A DNA stretch of 18,022 nucleotides from an uncultured Janthinobacterium sp. (GTDB lineage: Bacteria > Vulcanimicrobiota > Vulcanimicrobiia > Vulcanimicrobiales > Vulcanimicrobiaceae). Within the stretch, counting starts at the first letter, position 1; every line of letters starts with the position of its first letter. The stretch spans positions 1-18,022 of the forward strand of contig CAZZXB010000056.1 of assembly GCA_964658025.1 (NCBI GenBank), given 5' to 3'. This document shows positions 1 through 6,180 of the stretch, in pieces. The notes under the pieces are model-generated. The model did no database searches, was not told where the DNA came from, and was given only the letters and a program-made list of their open reading frames with translations. A program made the position numbers and the translations under genes.

Positions 1-62
1 ACGTCCATCGTGGCTTCCTCGAGACGGGCTCGGCCGCGTCTCTGCTGATCGGTTTTCGGCAT
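1..62 (-). CDS. 5' end of an unidentified gene running off the window edge (secE is expected here by synteny but cannot be confirmed)
   Basis: In-frame ATGs at 89, 62 and 8 (MPKTDQQRRGRARLEEATMDV...). The ATG at 8 has GAGG 8 nt upstream. Too little sequence to identify. Confidence 0.25.
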   Translation of the reverse strand, partial: MPKTDQQRRGRARLEEATMD

Positions 63-95
63 CGGCTCGGCGAGTGCCGGCCGACGCATCGCCTG

Positions 96-144
96 CGGGC
101 TCGCTTCCCAAACGGGTTTCGACCGGTGAGGGGAAGCGTACCCG
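96..144 (-). other. stem-loop just downstream of rpmG (possible terminator or processing/stability hairpin)
   Basis: Perfect 8-bp inverted repeat CGCTTCCC (102-109) / GGGAAGCG (131-138), extendable by CGGG (96-99) / CCCG (141-144). No U-tract. Confidence 0.35.
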
Positions 145-151
145 GCCCGGG

Positions 152-316
152 CTACTTTGTCTCGCGGTGGGCGCGGGCTCGGCGGCAGAAACGGCAGTAC
201 TTGGAGAGCTCGAGGCGCTCGGTGTTGTTCTGCTTGTTCTTCTGCGTGTTGTAGTTGCGGCGCTTGCACTCTTGGCACGCGAGGACGACCATCACGCGGT
301 TCTCTTTTTTCGCCAT
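152..316 (-). CDS. rpmG: 50S ribosomal protein L33, zinc-binding (CxxC...CxxC) type
   Basis: Manual translation (below ORF-track cutoff): [54 protein letters not shown], 54 aa. AGGA RBS upstream. Confidence 0.97.
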   Translation of the reverse strand: MAKKENRVMVVLACQECKRRNYNTQKNKQNNTERLELSKYCRFCRRARAHRETK

Positions 317-385
317 GTTTGCGTTCCTAAAAACTCCGGGCTGCGGGACATAAAGAAAACGGACGCGCAGCCCGTTTACGGCGTC

Positions 386-414
386 AGTATATCACGGGGT
401 CGCGAGGAAGTAAA
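386..414 (-). promoter_or_regulatory. sigma70/sigmaA-type promoter for rpmG
   Basis: Minus strand reads TTTACT (414-409), 17 nt, TATACT (391-386), with TGn extended -10. Confidence 0.65.
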
Positions 415-440
415 CGCGTGAGGCGTCGCGAAGCCCACCG

Positions 441-454
441 TTAGGTCTTCCTAA
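441..454. promoter_or_regulatory. DtxR/MntR-family-like operator palindrome TTAGG-N4-CCTAA overlapping the putative -10 of the MCO-ZIP gene
   Basis: TTAGG TCTT CCTAA is an AT-rich inverted repeat in a GC-rich background. It overlaps -10-like TAAATT (452-457). GGAG RBS at 468-471, GTG start at 476. Confidence 0.6.
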
Positions 455-475
455 ATTCTGGACACATGGAGTGCC

Positions 476-2383
476 GTGTTCTCTCTCGCTCGACTCCTGA
501 CTCGCTCGCTCCTCACCCTCGCCGTCGCGGCGAGTCTCGGGGCGGTCGCACGCGCCGACGCCGACGAAGGCGCGCCGCAAGCGGCCGGCGCTCCGCCCGC
601 CGGGATGCAACCGCTGACGGGTGCGATCCCGAAAGCGACGCCCGCCCCCGGCGAATCGCGCCTCGCCCTACGCGCCGACGGGACGTATCAGGCGATCCCC
701 GACGTGAGCGGAAAGACGAAGACGTTCCATCTCGTCGCGCGGGCCGCACCGTGGACGCTCAAGCCCGGACTCACCGTGATGGCGAAAACCTATAACGGCG
801 TCGTTCCCGGACCCACGCTCGTCGTCGATCAGGGCGATCGCGTCGTCATCGATTATCGCAACGACCTCGACATTCCGGACACGATCCACCTCCACGGCAT
901 CCACGACGCGCCCGCCGACATGGACGGCGTCCCCGGATCCTCGCAGATGATGGTCCCGCCGCACGGGTCCTTCGCATACGATTTCACGGCGAACCAATCC
1001 GGGACGTTCATCTATCACACGCACGATCGCAAAGCGGTCCTCGACGCCGGTCTCTACGGTGCGATCATCGTGAAGCCGACGCACCCGCGACCCGAAGAGG
1101 TGACCGCGCGCGACTATCTCGAGATCATCTCGGCGTGGTACGTCAATAATACGGGCGAGAGCGAATTCACGCTCAACGGCAAGGAGTACCCCGCGACGCG
1201 CGCGCTCGACGTGCGACGCGGCGAAAAGATCCGCGTCCGCTGGATCAACATCTCCGCCGAGAATTTTCACACCATGCACACGCACGGTCACGACATGACC
1301 GTCATCGCGCGCGACGCGCAACCGCTAACGACGAAAGACATCGAAGACACGATCATGCTCGGGCCGGGGCAGCGCGTCGACACGACGATCTTGGCGAACG
1401 CGCAACCCGGTACGTGGATGATCCACTGTCACGTGCTCGATCACGTCGAGGACGATGCGGGCATGCCCGCCGGACTCGTCACGGCGATCCACTATCTCGG
1501 CACGCCGAACAAAACGACGGCGATGTACGACACGATGATGAAGACGATGTCGGCGAACGACACGGTCGCCAACGGCGCGCCCGCTCCGCAAGCCGGGAAG
1601 ATGTCCTTCGGCGCGACGACGGCGCTCGGGGCGTTCGCCGGACTGACGATCTTCCTCGGCCTCCCGATCGCGCGCGCGAAGAAGTTGAAACCGTCGACGA
1701 TCGGCTTGCTCAACGCGCTCGCGATCGGGATCCTCGTCTATCTCGTCATCGAGATCGCGATGAACGCCATCATCCCGACCAATCGCGCGATCGCCACCTG
1801 GCATCAACATCTCGGCCCGTTCCCGTTCGGGCTCGTCGCGTCGCTCGCGGGCGGGCTCGTCATCGGGCTCGTCGGGCTCGGCGCGCTCTCGACGTCGGTC
1901 GTCAAGCGGACGGCGCAATCGATCTCCGACAAACCGCTCGTCCTCGCCGCGGTGATCGCGATCGGCATCGGCGCGCACAACTTCGCCGAAGGTCTCGCGA
2001 TCGGCGCGTCGGCGGCGGCGGGCGCGACCGCGGTCGCGGCCGGTCTCGTGATCGGGTTCGCGTTGCACAACGCGACCGAGGGCTTCGGGGTCGCGGCGCC
2101 GCTCGCCGGCAAGGTCGTCCCGTCGTGGAAACAGATCGGGCTCGCGGGGATCGTCGCGGGCGGCCCGACGTTTCTCGGCACGATGGTCGGCTTTCAATTC
2201 TCGTCGCCGACGCTTTCGGTGTTCTTCCTCGCGATCGCGATCGGCGCGCTCGTGTTCGTGATCGGCGAACTCTGGTCGGTCTTGAAAAAGACGGGCGTCT
2301 CGATCACGGCGACGTCGATGGTCGCCACGGGATTCGCGGTCGCGTTCGTCACGGAGATGATCGTCGACCTCAGCGGCGGATAG
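476..2383 (+). CDS. fusion: signal peptide + two-domain multicopper oxidase + ZIP (ZupT/GufA-like) divalent metal transporter
   Basis: Signal peptide ending AVARA. Cu motifs H138xH140 (TIHLHG), H181xH183 (IYHTH), H265xxH268xH270 (HTMHTHGH) and H317-C318-H319xxxH323...M330. The C-terminal ~260 aa are multi-TM, with ZIP TM4 HNFAEG (H501) and TM5 HNATEG (H531). One uninterrupted frame of 635 aa. Confidence 0.92.
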   Translation: MFSLARLLTRSLLTLAVAASLGAVARADADEGAPQAAGAPPAGMQPLTGAIPKATPAPGESRLALRADGTYQAIPDVSGKTKTFHLVARAAPWTLKPGLTVMAKTYNGVVPGPTLVVDQGDRVVIDYRNDLDIPDTIHLHGIHDAPADMDGVPGSSQMMVPPHGSFAYDFTANQSGTFIYHTHDRKAVLDAGLYGAIIVKPTHPRPEEVTARDYLEIISAWYVNNTGESEFTLNGKEYPATRALDVRRGEKIRVRWINISAENFHTMHTHGHDMTVIARDAQPLTTKDIEDTIMLGPGQRVDTTILANAQPGTWMIHCHVLDHVEDDAGMPAGLVTAIHYLGTPNKTTAMYDTMMKTMSANDTVANGAPAPQAGKMSFGATTALGAFAGLTIFLGLPIARAKKLKPSTIGLLNALAIGILVYLVIEIAMNAIIPTNRAIATWHQHLGPFPFGLVASLAGGLVIGLVGLGALSTSVVKRTAQSISDKPLVLAAVIAIGIGAHNFAEGLAIGASAAAGATAVAAGLVIGFALHNATEGFGVAAPLAGKVVPSWKQIGLAGIVAGGPTFLGTMVGFQFSSPTLSVFFLAIAIGALVFVIGELWSVLKKTGVSITATSMVATGFAVAFVTEMIVDLSGG

Positions 2384-2388
2384 CCGCC

Positions 2389-2583
2389 ATGCCGCTCGAA
2401 AGCGACGCCGCCTACGCGTGCCCGGCCTGCTTCGAGACGAATTACGTGGCGGTCGACCCGAGCGGCGGCCGCCGGCAACGGTACGTCGAGGATTGCCCCG
2501 TGTGTTGTCGCCCGATCGCCTTCGAGGTCACGTTCGATCGCGATGGCGACGCGGTCGTCTCGTCGGCGGAACTCGACGCGTGA
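2389..2583 (+). CDS. CPXCG-motif cysteine-rich small protein (zinc-ribbon-like)
   Basis: MPLESDAAYACPACFETNYVAVDPSGGRRQRYVEDCPVCCRPIAFEV..., 64 aa. CPxC...YVEDCxVCCRP is typical of the Cys_rich_CPXG family. Starts 5 nt after the MCO-ZIP stop. Confidence 0.85.
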   Translation: MPLESDAAYACPACFETNYVAVDPSGGRRQRYVEDCPVCCRPIAFEVTFDRDGDAVVSSAELDA

Positions 2584-2607
2584 GCGGTGCCGGCGATGCG
2601 GCGGTCG

Positions 2608-2681
2608 TGCGCCCGGACGGAATCGAACCGCCAACCTAGGGCTTAGGAGTCCCTCGCTCTATCCGGTTGAGCTACGGGCGC
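2608..2681 (-). tRNA. tRNA-Arg (anticodon CCT)
   Basis: GCGCCCGTAGCTCAACCGGATAGAGCGAGGGACTCCTAAGCCCTAGGTTGGCGGTTCGATTCCGTCCGGGCGCA folds as a cloverleaf with loop CT-CCT-AA and T-loop TTCGATT. CCA not encoded. Confidence 0.93.
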
Positions 2682-2836
2682 AGGCCGCGAAACGTGTTTC
2701 GCCGCCGCATCCCCAACGACTGCGGTTCCGTCAAAAGTCGAGAAAAGATCGACGTCCGGTCCGCCGAACGCACGACGCACCGGACCTTTCCCGTACTGGA
2801 GCGATTTTGAGTCTCGCGTCGAGCGCGTCACCTCGG

Positions 2837-4330
2837 ATGAATACCGCACCGGCCGACTTTTCGATCGAGCGCGATCTCCCATCGGGATTCGCCGCGTTCT
2901 ACCGTCCGCTCCACGAGCGGTTCGCCCCGCGCCAACGCGAACTCGCGGCGAAACGACGTTCGGTGCTCGCGAACTCGCTCGCCGGCGTTCGCCCGACCTA
3001 CGGCCCCCCTTCCGAAGCGACGACGCAGCCGTGGCGGGTCGATCTCCCGCAGTTCGTCATCGACCAGCGCAACCAGATGACGGGGCCTTCGGACGATCGC
3101 GAGCTCGTCGTGAAGATGCTCAACTCCGGCGCGCCGGGCGTGATGCTCGATCTCGAAGATTCGATGGCCAACGGCTGGGACCAACTCCTGGACGGTATGG
3201 GCAACGTCATCGCGTCGCTCTACGGCGAACTCTCCTACGAAGACAGAAAACGCGGCGGCACCGTCGCGATCAAGCCGTCGACGACCGTGCAGTTCACGCG
3301 CGTCCGCGGGCTCCATCTCTCGCAAGCCGGGATCTACCCCGACGAGACGACGTCGGCGTCGCTCTTCGATCTCGCGTTACTCGTCTACCAACTCGATCTT
3401 TCACGACTGAAGCATCCGCTCGCGATCTACATCCCGAAGTCGGAGAGCGCCGAAGAGGCGCTGTGGTGGGGCGACGTCTTCGGCACGCTCGCGGAATACA
3501 AGGGCAAACCGAAAGACTACATCAAGTGCATGGCGCTCGTCGAATCGCATCCGCTCGCGTTCCAGCTCGAGGAGTTCGCGTACAATCTGCGCGATCACCT
3601 CATCGGTCTCAACCTCGGCCGCTGGGATTACATGGCGAGCTTGATCCACTTCAATCTCGACGATCCGGCGTGGGTCTTGCCCGACCGTAACACGATCCCG
3701 CACGACGTGCCGTTCTTCCAGAATCTGCGGACGCTCATCCCGCAGATCGCGCACAAGCACGGCTTCCTCGCGATCGGCGGGATGACGGCGCTTTTTCCGA
3801 GCCGCGAGAACGCCGAACTCAACGAGCGTGCGTTGACGTCGCTCGCGCAGGACAAGAAGAACGAAGCGAACTGCAAGATGGACGGTGCGTGGACGGGTCA
3901 TCCCGACCAGAACGAGATCGCGGTCGCGCAATTTCCCGAACCGAATCAGCTCGACTCGTTCGTCGCCGATTTCGACGCGCATCCCGATATGCGACCGAGC
4001 GTGACGGGCGTCGGAACGCGCAGCGAACTCGGCACGCGCGCCGCCGTACGCACGGTGATCCGCTATCGCAACGGCTACATCAACGGGAAGGGCGCCGTCC
4101 TGCTCGACGGCTACATGGAAGATCTCGCGACCGACCGGATCTACCGTTTGATGATCGCGCAACGCATCGACCACGGGATGCACGCGACCGCCGACGTCAC
4201 GCGATTCTTCGACGAGGAACTCGAGAAGCTCGTCGCCGCGGGGACCGAGATCGGGACGGCGGAGACGCTCCGTCGCGCTCGCGAACAGAGCGAGCGGATG
4301 ATCCACGAGCGCGCGTTCGATCCGGTCTGA
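2837..4330 (+). CDS. aceB: malate synthase (MSA-like, divergent)
   Basis: Motifs QMTGP, MLDLEDS, TRVRGLHL, YIPKSES, GLNLGRWDY, AIGGMTA, DGAWTGHP and YMEDLAT match malate synthase A blocks in order. Start placed at ATG 2837 (MNTAPADF); the longer ORF from 2543 runs over the tRNA. Confidence 0.85.
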   Translation: MNTAPADFSIERDLPSGFAAFYRPLHERFAPRQRELAAKRRSVLANSLAGVRPTYGPPSEATTQPWRVDLPQFVIDQRNQMTGPSDDRELVVKMLNSGAPGVMLDLEDSMANGWDQLLDGMGNVIASLYGELSYEDRKRGGTVAIKPSTTVQFTRVRGLHLSQAGIYPDETTSASLFDLALLVYQLDLSRLKHPLAIYIPKSESAEEALWWGDVFGTLAEYKGKPKDYIKCMALVESHPLAFQLEEFAYNLRDHLIGLNLGRWDYMASLIHFNLDDPAWVLPDRNTIPHDVPFFQNLRTLIPQIAHKHGFLAIGGMTALFPSRENAELNERALTSLAQDKKNEANCKMDGAWTGHPDQNEIAVAQFPEPNQLDSFVADFDAHPDMRPSVTGVGTRSELGTRAAVRTVIRYRNGYINGKGAVLLDGYMEDLATDRIYRLMIAQRIDHGMHATADVTRFFDEELEKLVAAGTEIGTAETLRRAREQSERMIHERAFDPV

Positions 4331-4378
4331 GCGTCCGATGCGCTGGAATTTGGGATAGCAACGCAAGCGCGAATCGCG

Positions 4379-4384
4379 TAAGAT
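4379..4384 (+). promoter_or_regulatory. -10-like element placed for a leaderless transcript of the 4391 ORF
   Basis: TAAGAT lies 6 nt (GCGGGG) before ATG 4391. Confidence 0.35.
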
Positions 4385-4390
4385 GCGGGG

Positions 4391-4666
4391 ATGAGCGACG
4401 ACGTTCGGCTACGACGTGCCCCGCGCGAAACGTTCGCTTCGGTCCCGACCGAAGACGAACTCGGTGCGCGTCGCCGTCGCCCTGCGCACCGCTATGCGGC
4501 GCTCGTGAAGACCGCGACCGAGACGCATCGCGCCGTCTCGACGCGCGGGCCGGATCCGCGCGCATCCGTACGACCGCGGCGGCGGCATTCGGGCATCCTC
4601 TGGATGACGAACCTCGCGCTCGTCGCGCTCGTCATCGTCGCGATCGGAATGTTCTTGCACCACTGA
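4391..4666 (+). CDS. hypothetical small membrane protein with C-terminal TM helix
   Basis: 91 aa. Arg-rich N-terminal part, then GILWMTNLALVALVIVAIGMFLHH at the extreme C-terminus. Confidence 0.6.
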   Translation: MSDDVRLRRAPRETFASVPTEDELGARRRRPAHRYAALVKTATETHRAVSTRGPDPRASVRPRRRHSGILWMTNLALVALVIVAIGMFLHH

Positions 4667-5012
4667 CGGCCGCCGGCGGCGTGCTCGGAATCGCCTAGAA
4701 TCGTGCGGCGACGAGGCCCTCGATGCTCCGACGGTACGGGCGCCCGCAGCGTACCGATCGCGGCGTCGGGTGAGGTCGACGTACGGTCGGCGAGACGTGC
4801 GACGCTCCATTCGCTCCGGTGTCGACGGACCGCGCGACCGCGCGTCGGCTCGATCTCGACCGACGCAGGAGCCCTCACGCACGGCGACCTCCGAATCGGC
4901 GATCGCGCGGCGAAGAGGACGTGCGACGGAAGTCGACCGCGGCGAAGGGCCGCCTTCGGATCCGAGTCTCGTGCGAGACCTCCGATACGCGCGTCCGCGA
5001 CGAAAGGCCGGG

Positions 5013-5192
5013 TCAGCGAGCTCGGAACACGAGCATCAGAACGAACGGCACGAGGACGATGACGATCGCCGCGACGCACGCGGACTCGATCGATCGGGCC
5101 GGTCGCGGAGGCGACTTCGGCTTCACCGAACGCTCGGTCAAGAGCGCGAACACCAAAAAATCGTCGCGGCGATGACGGTGATGCTCGGACAT
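5013..5192 (-). CDS. hypothetical small membrane protein (59 aa, not in ORF track)
   Basis: GGGAGGGGG RBS then ATG: MSEHHRHRRDDFLVFALLTERSVKPKSPPRPARSIESACVAAIVIVLVPFVLMLVFRAR*. C-terminal hydrophobic helix. Confidence 0.55.
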   Translation of the reverse strand: MSEHHRHRRDDFLVFALLTERSVKPKSPPRPARSIESACVAAIVIVLVPFVLMLVFRAR

Positions 5193-5247
5193 TCGAGCCC
5201 CCTCCCGGCGGCCGGAGCCACGGCTCTCGCCGCGCGGGGCGAGACGC

Positions 5248-5322
5248 TGGAGCCCTCGGTGGGGATTGAACCCACGACCTCGTCATTACCAATGACGTGC
5301 TCTACCACTGAGCTACAAGGGC
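5248..5322 (-). tRNA. tRNA-Thr (anticodon GGT)
   Basis: GCCCTTGTAGCTCAGTGGTAGAGCACGTCATTGGTAATGACGAGGTCGTGGGTTCAATCCCCACCGAGGGCTCCA. Anticodon stem CGTCA/TGACG. CCA encoded. Confidence 0.97.
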
Positions 5323-5405
5323 GCGCGCCGACGTTTCGAGTCGCGGACGAAAGCGCCCTCCGGCGCTAACGTCCCGGAGCGGATCGCGGGCGCGCCGTCG
5401 GCGTT

Positions 5406-5594
5406 TTAGCCCGAGGCTTCGGCCTCGGCTCTCGCACGCGCGAACGCCGTGCTCGAATCGGGGTTCGGACCTTCGCCGCGCGTGAACGCGTAGAGCGCCT
5501 TCGTGTAGATCCGATTCCGTTCGGCCTTGGTCAGCTCCGACCACGGACGGTCGAGGCTCTTTTTGGGCGGGGCGTACTTACGTTTTGCGGCCAT
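5406..5594 (-). CDS. hypothetical small basic protein inside the tRNA cluster
   Basis: MAAKRKYAPPKKSLDRPWSELTKAERNRIYTKALYAFTRGEGPNPDSSTAFARARAEAEASG, 62 aa. Mostly G/C third positions and normal residue composition, unlike shadow ORFs. No clear RBS. Confidence 0.6.
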   Translation of the reverse strand: MAAKRKYAPPKKSLDRPWSELTKAERNRIYTKALYAFTRGEGPNPDSSTAFARARAEAEASG

Positions 5595-5684
5595 GTGTTT
5601 TCGTTCGCGGCGCGGAGGCCGACGAAATCCTTTCTCCGCGAGCCCGCACGATCGCGCGCGCCGTCGGATTCGAAAGCGGAGATG

Positions 5685-5758
5685 TGGAGCGGGCGGCGGG
5701 AATCGAACCCGCGACTCTTGCTTGGAAGGCAAGGGCATTACCATTATGCAACGCCCGC
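5685..5758 (-). tRNA. tRNA-Gly (anticodon TCC)
   Basis: GCGGGCGTTGCATAATGGTAATGCCCTTGCCTTCCAAGCAAGAGTCGCGGGTTCGATTCCCGCCGCCCGCTCCA. CCA encoded. Confidence 0.97.
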
Positions 5759-5767
5759 GTCGACTTC

Positions 5768-5855
<88 letters not shown>

Positions 5856-5922
5856 CGGTGTCGACCGCCTTGGGTTATCGCGAACGTCGCTCGGGTCCTG
5901 TCCCCGTACGAAACGAAAGCGG

Positions 5923-5995
5923 AGCCGACGATCGGACTCGAACCGATGACCGGCGGTTTACAAAACCGCTGCTCTACCAACTGAGCTACGTCGGC
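5923..5995 (-). tRNA. tRNA-Thr (anticodon TGT)
   Basis: GCCGACGTAGCTCAGTTGGTAGAGCAGCGGTTTTGTAAACCGCCGGTCATCGGTTCGAGTCCGATCGTCGGCT, followed by CCG rather than CCA. Confidence 0.97.
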
Positions 5996-6180
5996 CGGAC
6001 GCGGTGCAGCACGTTCTGCGCGCGGCGCGCCGACCTCTGCCGGTCGCATGCGGTACCGATGCGAGATTCTCGCGCGCCCGCGCGCGTTCGAAGCCTCCTC
6101 GCGAAGACCGCCGCGACCGGCGGGACGCGAGAACGGCGCCCGCTCGCGCGGACGCCGCCCGTTTCGCGGACGCGACCGCG

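Noticed and set aside
9..151. Riboswitch or tRNA-Trp downstream of rpmG
   Set aside because: One hairpin only; no cloverleaf and no SAM, glycine or c-di-GMP consensus recognisable.
152..316. Zur-type link between L33 (or L28) and the ZIP gene
   Set aside because: Both r-proteins are the Cys-containing housekeeping forms, not Zn-free paralogues, and the operator does not look like a Zur box.
74..421. 115-aa plus-strand ORF with a hydrophobic stretch
   Set aside because: Antisense shadow of rpmG; the hydrophobic run is the reverse complement of Lys/Asn/Gln codons.
476..1500. Copper nitrite reductase (NirK) assignment for the MCO part
   Set aside because: NirK has its T1 Cys in domain 1. Here the HCH is in domain 2 and all four HxH-type motifs for a trinuclear site are present.
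2543..2836. N-terminal extension of the malate synthase ORF
   Set aside because: Overlaps the CPXCG gene and tRNA-Arg; homology starts near MNTAPADF.
420..5322. Integrative element at tRNA-Arg or tRNA-Thr
   Set aside because: No integrase or transposase, and I found no duplicated tRNA 3' end (att) by eye.
5600..5635. SigH promoter before the 62-aa ORF (AAAGGATTT)
   Set aside because: Good -35 match, but the nearest GAA(T/C) is 21 nt after AGGA, too far.
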